A stretch of 64,000 bases of DNA from Macrostomum hystrix (Eukaryota; Animalia; Platyhelminthes). Shown piece after piece: positions 49,282 through 62,528 of this stretch (positions are counted from its first letter, which is position 1; each line of letters starts with the position of its first letter). The notes beneath the pieces were generated by a model. It searched no databases and was not told the origin of the DNA. It saw only the letters and a program-made list of their open reading frames with translations. Position numbers and translations under genes: made by a program. The DNA lies in assembly GCA_950097015.1 (NCBI GenBank), contig CATNEN010000005.1, positions 1,736,001 to 1,800,000 of the forward strand, in the 5' to 3' direction.

Positions 49282-50497
49282 GTCGATCACTGCCGAAATC
49301 CTTGAAGTTTCTCTTTCCGATCCAGTATTCCAAATGACACAATAATGACACTTATTACATTAAGGGAAGATATGCTTTACTATTATTCTAGAATTTTAGG
49401 TTATTTTAGGTTTGAATAAAAAAAAATTATGTCGCTATGGCCGAAATTAATGCAGATTTTGTTTCAGATGCCCGACTGTGTTGCTATAAGCTACAAGTAA
49501 ACTTTCGGTTGATTGCACTTTTTAATTTTCCATGCGTATGCGTTAACATTTAAACAATATGTCGTCAATCGAATGCTTTTCGCTGCAATAAAGTTCTTTC
49601 GTTTGCTTGTATCTCGAAGTTATTTATCTTCTGTTTGCACTTCCAATATCCTTAAGTGTATCGGTTGCTTTGCAATAAAATTTACCGGCATTCGTGATCA
49701 ATGCATTTTAAAGTCCCAATATGATTAATTGTTACTCGTTACTCGTCAAAATCGTGTTTTTCAAATGTTTAGTTTTTGTATATGTTTTCTTGCGTTTACA
49801 CAATTTTGCGCATTTCAATGAGTTATTGTTTGTGAATGGACTTAACCACTGACTATTCCCTCGTTATTGTTGATGTCGAATGAATCCAAATAGCTAGTCG
49901 AAGTTTGATCGTGTTTAAGTTTTGTCGTGATGTTCGTTATCCATTAAATGTCTATTTGTACCGTAAGAAACCTGTAGACTGTATTGACTGTATTTTTAGA
50001 CTTTGCAATTTTGTATTTTATACTGTATCCGTGTTGTCATAGTTACTGTTATGTTTAGTAGTTTGTCGTGGTTTTCTTCTAGCCGCTGCCACAGCCAGGC
50101 ATGCAGGAGGCATTGAAATGTCCTCCTTGTCATCGCCCGGCAGGTTGGTTCGGTAGAGTTTTGTGAGGCTCGCTGAGGCTTAGGGATTCGAAGCTACCCC
50201 GTCTTTTCGGTGCGTGGTGCAGCTTTCGATCGCCCAAGTTCTTGTCGGTTCTTGTTTGTCAGTTTCGCAGTCCCCGCTCCCAAGCGTACATTTTGTGCTG
50301 TTCGTCTTGTGTTGCTCGGTATCTGTTGAACGGTGTTGTCGCTTGATATCTATTGCTTCGTGTAGAATATATATTATCGAACCTTGTATTTGTACTGCTA
50401 GTAGTATAATCGCGATATGAAGCTATGTATTGAAGTCATTGTAATGCCATATGTACGTTATTTATTGTTATTTTCAATGAGGACATTGACTTTTGTT

Positions 50498-50508
50498 GAG
50501 GAGGATGA
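50498..50508 (+). promoter_or_regulatory. Polypurine tract
   Basis: gaggaggatga immediately 5' of the 3' LTR. Confidence 0.75.
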
Positions 50509-50977
50509 TGTAATGAAATAATTCGTCTATTTTAAATTGTTAGTAAAATCAAAATATTTATTGTATACTGTTATTACAACTAAATTTATGCTAATCATCT
50601 TCTCATATAGCCGGTATTTTCGTACGGATGTTTGTATTAATTATGTATTTAGTATTTGTTAAATCTACGCTTGACAAGTTAAATATAAAGTGACACCAGT
50701 TGCAACCGGTTTTCTGACCCGCGCGCGCGCATCGGGATTAGCTACTAAGTTTAGATAAGTAGAATATTCGAACATTAGATTATAATTAATATAACCACCT
50801 TTAACTAATCTTGCTCTATATTGTAAGCGCGTGCGTCAGCAAAGCGGCGTAATTTATATAACAGAAGTAGGCCCTATCACTAATTATATTACTAATTATA
50901 TTACATTAAGCTGCAGCCCTTCAAAACGATTTACAATTCATTTTAAATGGCGACCACCGACCAATAAATTCATTACA
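50509..50977 (+). repeat. 3' LTR
   Basis: Direct repeat of 43365-43833. Confidence 0.96.
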
Positions 50978-51519
50978 ATTCCAACAGTTAAATTCGAGTC
51001 GGAATGACTGTCTGAGAGTGTATTTAAACAAAAAGACTTTCGAGTCGGAATATTCCGACAGTTTAATTCGAGTCGGAATAACTGTCTGAGAGCTTATTAG
51101 ATGTATGCATGTAATTTCGAGTCGGAATCTGAGCGTGTATTTAAACAAACTGACTTTCGAGTCGGAGGTATAACTGTCGGAATATTCCGAGTCGGACAAA
51201 GTTTTTAAGCTGAGACGCTGTCTAACCTTAAGGGCCTATACAAAAATAAAGCTTCCTAATTCTAAGAATTTTACCGTAAACAATTGTGTAAAACAAAACT
51301 ACGACTACACATCGGCCAAGTTTAGTTAGTGCAATAATTATCTTGAATCATAAAGCGAAAATCTAAAATTTTAGTGAAGACGTGGTTTTTATATAATTTG
51401 TTGAGAGCGCAGAATATTGCTGTAACTACTGTAGCTCTTCATTAATAGATTACTTTGAGCTACAGAATTATATAATAACGAGCTAAACTCCTCCTCCGGA
51501 GGAGGTTGAGGGGAGAGAA

Positions 51520-52420
51520 CTCCCATCGCCTGATCTCCAATCGCCTGATCTTCCCCCGCCTGATCTCCCACCGTCTCATCTCCAATCGCCTCATCTCCCA
51601 TCGCCTGATCTCCCATCGCCTCATCTCCCATCGCCTCATCTCACGTCGCCACATCTCCCATCGCCTGATCTCCGATCGCCTCATCTCCTATCGCCTGATC
51701 TCCCATCGCCTCATCTCCCGTCGCCTTATCTTCTATCGCCTGATCTCCCATCGCCTGATCTCCAATCGCCTGATCTTACCCCGCCTGATCTCCCACCGTC
51801 TCATCTCCCATCGCCTCATCTCCCATCGCCTCATCTCCTATCGCCTGATCTCCCATCGCCTGATCTCCCATTGCCTCATCTCCCGTCGCCACATCTCCCA
51901 TCGCCTGATCTCCCATCGCCTAATCTCCCATCGCCTGATCTCCCATCGCCTCATCTCCCATCGCCTCATCTCCCATCGCCTCATCTCCTATCGCCTGATG
52001 TCCCATCGCCTCATCTCCTATTGCCTCATCTCCCATCGCCTCATCTCCCATCGCCTGATCTCCCATCGCCTCATCTCCCTTCACCTGATCACCCATCACC
52101 TCATCTCCCGTCGCCACATCTCCCATCGCCTGATCTCCCATCGCCTGATCTCCCATCGCCTGATCTCCCATCCCCTCATCTCCCATCGCCTGATCTCCCA
52201 TCCCCTCATCTCCCGTCGCCACATCTCCCATCGCCTGATCTCCCATCCCCTCATCTCCCGTCGCCTGATCTCCCATCGCCTCATCTCCCATCGCCTCATC
52301 TTTCATCGCCTCATCTCCCATCGCCTCATCTCCCATCGCCTCATCTCCCATCGCCTCATCTCTCATCGCCTAAACTCCCATTGCCTCATCTCCCGTCGCC
52401 ACATCCCCCATCGCCTCATC
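51520..52420. repeat. 15-bp minisatellite (ctcatctcccatcgc)
   Basis: Tandem array; source of the HRLIS, PHLPS and GDEAM ORFs. Confidence 0.92.
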
Positions 52421-53499
52421 TAACCAAAAACTCCTCACCCAATGATGTCTGGAAGTAGCAATGTGCGTAAACCGCCTTTTGTCCGACTAAACTGTTGAAA
52501 ACAATTCAAAATTGACCAATTTTTCTTTAGCTACCATGCCCAGAATCTTCAGAATTAAAATAGACGACAACTTTCGGATAAGATTGAGGGGCTAGAAATC
52601 ATATCGCGCGAACTCCATCAACTTTAAATTAAACCCCACCCGTTAAAACAGATGAAGTCCGAGCCATTAATATTGACGACAGCCAGTTCTCCGGGCCCCG
52701 CTCAGTCAGAGGTGCGAATTTCAATAAATAAAATTCAACAGCCCGCCTTCGAGAATAGGAATGTGTGAAACTGTATTGTGGCGAATTCTCTCTCCTTAGC
52801 AATCTCGCCGAGACACTGTACACTCAGCTGAAAGCATTGCAAAAGTATAAAAACTTTATTTGCCCTTGGCATCCCCAATTTTCGGAATTCAGCAATGAAA
52901 TTTATATCTCTGGATTTAGAACTTCAAGTTCTCTCCAGTAGTACAAATTTTATGCACAAATCTTAAAAAAACAAAATAATAATTCTCAGTTGAAATTTCT
53001 GCAAAGGGCAGCCAGTTTAGTAAGCACATTCTTCTCCGCCTACACTGAGAGGCCCGCAAATTTTATCAATTGAATTTAAACCCAGCCAACTCTGCCCTGC
53101 CCATTGTACGCACTTCAATATTGAACAAATCAGACCCCTCAATAGAACTGACTAACGGCACCCTCTCTCCGCCAATACACAGGGGCAGTTAGAATGTGCG
53201 TACGGCCTCCTCTCCGCCCCATTTTCAAACCGACTGCCAACCCTCCACTGGAGAGAAAATACACTAAACAGATAGGCACAAAATGTTGACGCAACTCATT
53301 TAACCGAGGCCAATTTCATCACAGCGGGAAGGACATTTGCCTACTATATACTACTTAATAGCCTTTCTGCTTTTTTGAGGATCATAGAATTTGAAATTTC
53401 AGAATTAAAATAGCCTATAGCCTTCCTCGGAAAATTTCCCATTTTCCCATATAAGTTTCAACGCTGAGTTGCCAGTATTCTAGGAGGAGATGTCGAACT

Positions 53500-53504
<5 letters not shown>

Positions 53505-53543
<39 letters not shown>

Positions 53544-54450
53544 ACACGTGAAAATTAGTATATTTAGATAAAGAGACGCTGGTGAAAACTAAGTGGAACC
53601 AGCACGCACGCGCTCGCGATGGAGCTGGGAAGGACAGATAGACGCAGACAAAGCGGTCAGGCCAATGCATGCCTTCAAGGTCAGAGTTCAGAGTTTTAAG
53701 AAGAGTGACAGTTTGTCCACGACCGCGCCGCAATGGATGGGCTGGTGCAGCAGAACCATGGCAAGCGACGGATTTGCGTCACCGCGGTTGAAGCGCCTTA
53801 GGACGTGAGGTAGCGAGGGTTTGACGCCTGCGACGGAGAATCGTGCTGACTGGCAGAGCGCCGCCGTCTGCCTCGCCAGGTCACGGTCGGAGATGGTCTC
53901 TGGGTAGCGGAAGCCCGTCGATACTTCTTTCCCTCGATGGAGCCATGGAGACCGCCTACAGGCCGTAGAGCAGGATGGTTTTCGACGGCAGAATGAAAAA
54001 TATTCATCTTTAATTTGCCGGAGGCAGCGGAGGAAAAAATAGGGCGCAGCTTGATGGCAGCTTCCGGAAGGCTATAAACATGATTGAGACGGCCTCATGA
54101 CGAGTTATACAGGCTTCTATGATGATGTGGAGGCTGACGATCTGCTCGGTAGACCTTACTGGTCTGAAACCACTTTGAACGCTAAGGAGAAGATGATCAA
54201 GCTCAGGGAGCAAGCGGTTTCGAAGGATAGAGATGAGCAGCTTGCAGTGAGTACACTGCAGAGCAATGCCACGCTGATTATCAAGGCTAGTTGACGGCCC
54301 TTTCTTTGGGATGGAAACAATTTTCGAGGTTCGCCAAGCAGATGGAGGGTGAGCATCTGGCTTTCCTCCAAAGGATGTTGTGCCTTATATAGCAAGTTTG
54401 TAATGACGTACAAGAACTCAGGGAGCTTGAGCACTCGAGTAGAAATTTCG
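53505..54450 (-). mobile_element. Decayed, internally deleted RTE-like non-LTR retrotransposon with a (TG)n tail
   Basis: Minus-strand QSGFRPVRSTEQIVSLHIIIEAC...IMFIAFRK (RT N-terminal motif) and KLKMNIFHSAVE/TILLYG (C-terminal motif), with frameshifts; (CA)n at ~53505-53536. Confidence 0.7.
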
Positions 54451-55536
54451 CCAATACTAATATAATATAATCATGCAGTCTCCATACATAAAAATATCGA
54501 TGCTTGCTTTGCATTGCTTTTAGATGCACTCTTGAGACAGATTCCAACACATTTGTAGTTTTAGCTTACCGAGAGGAATTTGAGCTGCGACTCAAAGATT
54601 TAAAGACACAAAGACTCAAAGAGACATTAATTAGTTATTCAAAACATGTAAGATACTACTACATGTGAGCTTTAATTTCAGTAGTGTATCTAAAATATCG
54701 CTTTATCCAGTTTACCGTTTTTGAATAAAAATATCACGCAGCAATGACGCATTTTTATAGCCTAACGAACGAACAGTTATTTTCAAAAAAAGATATAACG
54801 TAATTTATTCTCATAAACAGATATTCTGCTTGTGTCATTCTGCTTTCCTTACTACAAACTAACGATGAAAGGACAAATAGACGAACAACTATATTCATTT
54901 AGCTAATAACATAGATGGGATTGCCTTTTATTTAAAACATTATTTACCATTTCGTAAATAATAAAACGGTCCCGTTATTTGAATAATTATTTTCAAAGAG
55001 ATTGCACAAAGAAACTTTTCAAAAAATAGCAGCAAACTTTCGACCAGCAAATCTGTTTTGAAAATGATATTTATTAAAATGTTTGTGATTGTACTATAAG
55101 TATACATTTGGGTACAAGGAAGGCAGCACACAACCCTTATAGGGCGGGATAGCAAATAAATGCAGACTATGTAGCTCTCTGTGCATGTTTCGAATCCTAT
55201 TTTTTGTGTAGATTTCAGCAACATCTCTCCCTCTTACTAATTCAGTGTTTTCTATTCCTGATTTAAACTTGAACCAGTCTTAAACAGCGTTGAAAATTAA
55301 CTAAAACCATTATTAACAACACAATGAACTGACTGACACAAAAGTACTTGAAGGTATGTAAAAAACATTTAAAAGGACGCACAAACTATTACTGAAAGTA
55401 GTATTATTACCAGATAATGTTTTATAGAAAAATTATTAAAAAGTATTAAAACCTTTAAAAACGATGACAACTGAAAATGAAGCAGTTTATAAGTTTAGTT
55501 TTAAATGTGCCTCCAGTCAATTATTACTCGTATTAA

Positions 55537-58500
55537 TCAATTGATCCCCCAGGCGTTGGCACTGCGGCAGTGCTGGGCCGACTGAAGGTGTTCTTCCAAT
55601 TCGGCCAGGCTGTGCAAGAACTGGCCGAGATTGCCGACAGCGTCCCGACACACCGGACAGATGTAGGCTAAGCCGTCTTCTCGACGCTGCTGCACAACTA
55701 CCCGAAGGCGTTGCAATTGTTCGGCTAAGAAGCGACGCCATCGAAGCAGCCAAGAGTGCAGGCCGGTTCTCCACTGCGTTGCATTGCTAGCCGAAGATGT
55801 GGTGTCTAGTTGCCTATTCAATTCGGCGATTAGATCTTGAAGATCGTCGCGCATTAGAACCTCTTTGTAGTTCAAACCGACGTCTTGCAGACTGTGATGC
55901 AAGGAATAGATGGCGCGGTGGCTGATTTCCTGCTGGGTGGTTAAGCCGGAGGTCAGGCCGACTCGCTCAGGCCAGCCCCAGGCCTCCACAGAAGGGCCAG
56001 CAGCCAATAGATCCGGCAACTTTGGAACTAGCGGGTAAGGCGTCTTGAAAAACAGATGACGCAACAGTTGACGAATTCTGTGCTGACGGTTGCGCAGATC
56101 CACCAGGTCGCGTTCGACTAGTTGAAGCTTATCGCTGCGACAGTCACTAGGATGATTAAACATGTTTTAAAATATATGAGAAAAATATATAATAGATGTT
56201 GCAGAAAAGTTACGAGAGGTTACGATAAGTTACAGGAAGTTTATTTAGTAGCTTTCCCTGCTGAGATATTCCCGCACGAATTTTCCCCGCGAGAAATTTC
56301 TGCGGCAAACTTTCGTCGCGGGAAAAACTCGCTGTGGGAAATTCTCGTGCTCCCAATAAGAACAGGGATAGACTAAGGAGGAAATGTTGGTAAGACAAAC
56401 TACTTATTAAACAGTAGCTTATAGAACTATTAGAACCGAATTAAAGTCAACATAAAACCTACCGCTCGCCAGTCATCAAATTGGCGGCCATTCGAATCTG
56501 ATTGATTCGAAGCAGATCCGAATTGTCCAACATCACATCCGGTTGCACTAGCAGATCGTGAGCCGGATCAACCGGCTTACCGTCAACTGAGCCCATGCCG
56601 CACAGGAAGCCAGTGAAATGTGTCGCATTTTTTTCATTGCAACGCGTCTCCATCTGAGGCGCGAACAGTAAACAGAGAAGTGTGGGCAGGCCGGGTATTT
56701 GCGGAAATAGGGTGGTGTGATTTAGCACCAGTCGATTCTGATTCTTAGAATCTAGCATCACGGAGCCGGCTATCATTAGGCGATCAATGGGATTCTGCGG
56801 CTCGGGATCAACGGCCACAGAGTTGACAGAATCGGCGTCCAGGCCAATTTGTTTGCGCCGAAAACTGTTGCTAAGGCCGCGAAATCGCATCTCAAATGGA
56901 TGAGTTGGGCCGCGCGGAGTGAAAAAGCCGCGACCGAAGGCGCGACCTTTGCCAATTTCGGCTGCTTCGAAATCGCGAATCAGACTGTCTAGCTCGGAGC
57001 GCTCGTTTAGCCGACCATGGAAACTGGCCGAAAAGTTGATTGGCACAGTTGAACTGTCCGGCACTGTGTTGGTTGTTGATAAGCCGCTAGCAGAGAATAC
57101 CCGCTTGCGCAACAGATTATCCTGACGTGATTCGTAGCCTTCGGTGCAGGACTCGGCCAGGGTCAAATCGTAGCCATCAACTGAGCAAGGCGCGCCAATG
57201 CGACGCAAAAGTTCTTCAAGCGTTGCGGACAGTTCTCTTGCTAGATTGCGGCAGTTGGTGCCCTGTGGGATTGGTTCGCGGTGGACTGTTGAACTTCAGC
57301 GCGGGTAGCAAGAGGATTAGGATTAGGCAGTTTGAGGATTCGAAGCTAGAGGATTAGGCAGTTTGAGGATAGAAAATTTTGGGGATTAGGGAGTTTGAGG
57401 ATCGGAAGCTAGGAAATTAGGAAGTTTCAGGATTCGAAGCTAGAGGATTAGGCAGAAAATTAGCGGATTAAGGAGTTTCAGGATAGAAAATTAGGGGATT
57501 AAGGAGTTTCAGAATAGAAAATTAGGGGATTAAAGAGTTTCAGAATAGAAAATTAGGGGATTAAGGAGTTTCAGGATAGAAAATTAGGGGATTAAGGAGT
57601 TTCAGAATAGAAAATTAGGGGATTAAAGGAGTTTCAGGATAGAAAATTAGGGACTAGGGAGTTTCATTTTGTTGAACTTAGTTGATTAGATTTGAAATTA
57701 AGCGATGAGTACTTAGGAGACATTATTCAGTTTGAGTGATACCAGGTCGCTATGGGGTGAATCAGGAGACGGTGTTTAAGTGCAGAAAAATTATAGTTGC
57801 GTTGTAGACTATACCTTAGTAGATAGTTATAGATAGACAGTAAAATGAGAAGTAATGATAGAAAAATTGATAGCTAACCTGCACCAACAACTGATTGAGT
57901 GTCGGGGCATCATCATCAGTTACAACCATGTTGTCTTCAAATAAATTAACTCGAACGCGCACAATATCGCAGACGATAGAGAAGATGCTGCAACTAACAA
58001 ATAGCTTGTCGAGTTTCTTATCCGTGGCTGAGAACAGCCTGCTAGTTAGAATCTTTTCAAACAGCATCGTCTCATGACAGGTCCATTCGCCGTCTAGATG
58101 TGTTACGCCGCGCGGTTTAATCTCGGCTAGTTTAATTTCAACTGCCAGAGCGGGATAGTCCCGCAGCTTTGGCGGCAGCGCTAACAGTTGCGAAGCAGGC
58201 ACTGTGCCAGTGTTGCCATAGTCGATGTATCGGACATTGACGCTACTATCCTTGTTAATGTTCAATATGCAGCAACGGTACAGTTCGCCATCCTCAAACG
58301 GGGCTAGAGCCATCAAGCCGACAATTGGCTTCTCGCGCAAAGGCATCTTTGGACAGTTTAGCAGCTGATAGCACAGTTGCTGCTCCATGTCAATGAATGA
58401 TTTAGGAATGCCATAGAAGTGGCCAACATTTACAACGTGAGTCGGTTGGACGAGGAAATCTTTTTGGCTCCGTAGCACAGCCAGAGGAGAAGCGATAGCA

Positions 58501-61500
58501 CCAGCGGCTAGTTCGCCTTGGCTTAGTCCGGCGGCGGACTGTCTGGAATGAAATTCCTTCAGCTTGTTGACAAAACTGTCGCGCGTAGCCGGATCCCTGT
58601 GAAGCAAGCGGAATACGTTGCTCATGCGACCTGCCTTCAAGGCCAGCAGTACAGATGGATGAATGCGGCCAACTAGAGAAGGCAAACCAGACTCGGAGCT
58701 GCGATTTGACCTCGCCAGAGAGTCCATCACGTGTTCAACATCGAAGCTAACAAAGCATTTGGAATTCTCACAATAGACGGTAGGCTCGCCTAGAACTTTG
58801 TGCATACAATACTTCTTAACTAAATCGGAGATTTGGCGCCGATATAAGTCGCCTTCGTTGATTGGAAAGCCGCCAAACATGACCGTATTGGTGAGATCAA
58901 AGCCGCTAAATTCTTTACTAGCGCCAGTTTCACCATAGGCGAAAGTGTCACGAATAAAATAATTCGGATAGAATGCTCCGGCCAGTACTATTGGTAGTAG
59001 TATGGCGTCTAATTGGTCTGGCGCCTCGCCCTGACTGCTAGGCTTGGCGGCAACATTCGTGCAATGAATGTTAAATCGCTCGAGTCGACGCCTTAAATCG
59101 TTGTAAAGATTTTCAACCTCTTTCAAAGCCCTGGTATCAATGAATTTGATGCGACACCAACGAACTAGTTCGGCATCTGAACGGAAACCGCCTGTGTTTC
59201 TTAGCTGCAAAAACTGGCGGAATGCGTTGCACATTGCGATGCTATCTGAGCAAGTGCCCTTAGAGTAGATCAGCTTCTCTTCAAAGGAATAGACGGCCTG
59301 ATCTGGCTGAAAGTCCACAATGGGTCTAGAGAATAGACTCTTGCTGCTAGTCATACAGGCGCCAATAATAATTCCATCCTCTAGGCACCCAAAGATAAAA
59401 CTAAGCACAATCAGCTTGCCAACAAGAACATCAACTGGTAGATGAGCAATTACTCGGCCTAGAAAAGTCAAATCGCCGTCGAAATGATTAGCAATGTCGC
59501 TAGTTAAAGCGGCTACTAGCTTTAGTCGAATAATACTCTCAGCAATTCTATTAGGCGATGGCGGATCAATAGCGGCCGACAAGAAACTCAAAGGCACCTC
59601 GTCCATTAGCTTAACCTTTAGAATGCACTGATCAATTGGACAGCGGAGCATCGACGAAGGCTCAAATTCTTCTAGCTTGCCGTCAATATCCGGCGTTATT
59701 AAGCGATAACAGACACCGGCTTGGGTACGTCCGGCGCGACCAGCACGCTGTTTTAAATTGCTCTTGGAGGCCCAGTCTAGACGTAGGCAGCTAAGAGTTG
59801 AATTGTCATCTTTGCACAAGTATTTAGTCTGGCACAGATCAATTACAAAGATTATGTCGTCAATAGTGATAGAGGATTCGGCAATGTTAGTTGATAAGAT
59901 AACTTTACGCTTGCCCGGATAATGTTTAAATGCGCGCCTTTGTTGGTCGGCGCTAACTGTGGAGTGCAGCGGGATAATCTCCCATTCGTTGGGATCGATA
60001 CCAACACAGTTGGATGTGTCCTGAAATTTGAAATGGTTTAAAGTACATAATAAACAATGCATAGGTAGAGTGTGACTTTGCTAAGGCAGAAAGACGTTTT
60101 CGCATCGTCCATTTCGGCACTCATGACTACTAATTTAGTCCTACAGCCGCCAACAGACATTAGCGGTGTAAGTATTTCACAATAGCTCGCAAATGACCAA
60201 ATGACCAAATGACCGATTTTCATGAAAGTCCACCATCTGAATAATACTTTTCCTCCCTTTACGATAAACTAACTTAAAAGTACGAGCCAGCATCGTCGAG
60301 AAATTCAGCGATTCTAGTCGAAGAGCCTGGTGACAAGGATGGCTAACATTGCTCTGTATAAACGTGTTTGGCGAATCAATATTGGTTCAAAATTGAATAA
60401 ATAAACAATATAATCAATACAATATCGTTAACAATAGTAGCCGAAAATGAAATTTTGTAAGCAAATAATTATTTCCTATTTTGTGGTTTTGCCACCACCC
60501 ACCACTAAGAGAATCGTCGAATGTCTCGACGATGCAGATGTTGAATATTTTAGAAGATACAAAAAAAAGAAAAATGTGGGTAGTTGAAATACCACCGTGG
60601 TCTGTTAAAGTACATTTCAGACCCCATATTGTAAAATACCCTGTAAAAAATTCGGCTGCTTCCTCGGCGGGTTTTTTGTGCAAAATAGGAGTGGAATCTA
60701 CCAAAATCCCCCCTATCTCGCAAGAGTTAAAGAAACCACCCAGGAAGCAGCCGATGTAACCGTAAATTGTGCGGAAACCGCCGAAGAATCACCCGAACTA
60801 GTGGCCCATGGGACAACCAGAGAATTATTTACGGGCGATTCCTCGGCGGTTTCTGAGCATGGAATCTTCCGAACTGGAGGATTCTTTGGGTGATTCCATT
60901 TCGCCACCAAGAAGCACCGAGAAAACGCCCAGTTGGCTAGATTCTAAGCATGGAATCATCCGATTGGTATGTTTCCAGCGTTCGGCTGTTTCTTTTTCTG
61001 GAAACACCGCAGATTCCAACTGGAATCACCCAAAGAAACATCCCTATTTTTAGCGGGTAAAGCTAAGATATAAATGATCAATTCTGCATCATTATTCATG
61101 TCACCAGCTGTACAAAGCCAACAAGCCAAAGCGCTCATACCTTTAGATAATCACTCATGGCGATAATATCATACAGGCCAGGTAAGAAGACCAATACGGC
61201 ACCATGCTCAAAGCTAGCTATGAGTCGCTTGATGAGCTCCATCTTGTGCTCATTCAGTCCGAGGTCGTCATAATCCATCGGTTGCGCCACTAGACGAGGC
61301 AATCGAACATCGATGTGCCTAGGAACAAAGTCGTTCACCCGTTGGATAGCATCGTAATAGCCATATGTGTCCACCGTGTAGGGCGCCTCGGTGACATTAA
61401 TAGTGTCTAGGAACTGGTCCGCGTCGCCTTTTAAGTAGGTGCGAATTTTCGCATCGTCCATTGTGGCACTCATGACTACTAATTTAGTCCTACAGCCGCC

Positions 61501-62528
61501 AACAGACATTAGCTGTTTAATGATTAATAGACACATGTCCATTTCAATGTCGCGCTCGTGAGCCTCGTCTAACACAATGTGACTCCAAGCGTCCAAACGT
61601 TTCGAATGAATCAGCTTCTCTAACAGAACGCCAGTTGTAACGTACAGAATGCATGTGTCTTGATTCTGCTTATTGTCCATGCCAATCTGATAGCCGCAGT
61701 AGCCGTTTTCTGTCCAGCCGCGCTGCTTGCATACCCAATCACTGACACTAGTAGCGGCAATACGCCTCGGCTGCGTCACAATGATATTAACTGGCTCTTC
61801 TCTTTCAATGGCATTGTCGAAAATGTACTGCGGCACTTGGGTACTCTTACCGCAGCCAGTATTACCTTGAATAAATATAATATCGCTGCACTCTAATGAT
61901 CGCAGAATATGGGCCCTATACTGCAGTATTGGCAATTTTTCGTAATTATCTAATGATAATTGGACACAGCGAGGCGCTAGTCTAGGCGCGGCTAGGCCCA
62001 CCGGTCGGCCTTCAATCACAGTGACGTCGGTTCGATCGCGCAGACTAGTCACATTGGTGATAGTTTCTAAAGCGCTAATGCTAGCTGGTTGGCGCCTATT
62101 AAACTGCCGCTGCTGCTGATGGGCTACTCCGGCTGCTTGAGAGTCGGCATTTTGAGCGGCAACCGCTGAATGAGCCTTCATGTAATCGTCAATTCCGATA
62201 GACTCCACTTGTCTGACAGCCTAAAATTTATCGGATTAACAAATTTTGTAGAATATGTAGGGCACAGTTTAAACGGTAAAAAATTCTGAATAAAGGGAAA
62301 AGATTTTAAAAGCATAATTAGTAAGATGTAAGTGGCTTAAAGCGACTCACCTGCATATAAGCAGGAGAATTGTCTGGGCCTTGATTCCGACTAGAATCTG
62401 GTCGAGGCAACGAACCAGCTGCTGTAGTGGAGATCCTGCGCAATCCAGTTGGATCAAAAGTTTCGCCGTGTACAAATGTGCGAACCAGCTGATTGATGAA
62501 TGCCGGATCGCCGCCAGCAAACTGCGCC
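55537..62528 (-). CDS. tdrd9: TDRD9/spindle-E DExH RNA helicase with Tudor domain (piRNA pathway); 5' end not located
   Basis: Exons 62528-62351, 62220-61141, 60020-57879, 57262-56463, 56146-55537 with consistent phases (>1600 aa). GNTGCGKST, TQPRRIAA, DEAH, SAT, STNIAESSITIDD, QRAGRAGR; HA2 region; Tudor LAPFEDGELYRC...YIDYGN; C-terminal PGLPTLLCLLFAP...TGFLCGMG typical of TDRD9. Confidence 0.92.
57320..57660. repeat. ~31-bp minisatellite (aaaattaggggattaaggagtttcaggatag) in a TDRD9 intron
   Basis: Tandem array, degenerate toward 57320. Confidence 0.85.
60639..61057. mobile_element. Hairpin-rich non-autonomous DNA element (possibly CACTA/EnSpm-like) in a TDRD9 intron
   Basis: Imperfect termini ccctgtaaaaaa / tttttagcggg flanked by TA on both sides; three internal inverted-repeat pairs of 12-22 bp. 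Confidence 0.45.

Larger units (their letters stand above)
43365..50977 (+). mobile_element. Full-length Ty3/Gypsy LTR retrotransposon (7613 bp)
   Basis: Two 469-bp LTRs with no differences seen by eye, termini TGTAATGAA...TTCATTACA, 4-bp TSD attc, PBS, PPT, intact gag and pol with order PR-RT-RH-IN. Confidence 0.97.

Noticed and set aside
49282-50508. env or third ORF in the Gypsy element
   Set aside because: Only short ORFs (about 70 aa) with no signal peptide or fusion-protein features.
51389-52458. HRLIS, PHLPS and GDEAM repeat ORFs
   Set aside because: 15-bp minisatellite artefacts.
60038-60223. Extra TDRD9 exon suggested by the SVGGCRTKLVVMSAEMDD ORF
   Set aside because: Only 68 bp is duplicated exon sequence, with no usable splice sites; the gene reads in phase without it.
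43365-62528. Functional link between the intact Gypsy element and the neighbouring piRNA helicase gene
   Set aside because: Proximity (~4.5 kb from the TDRD9 stop codon) is unremarkable in such TE-rich DNA; nothing in the sequence supports regulation.
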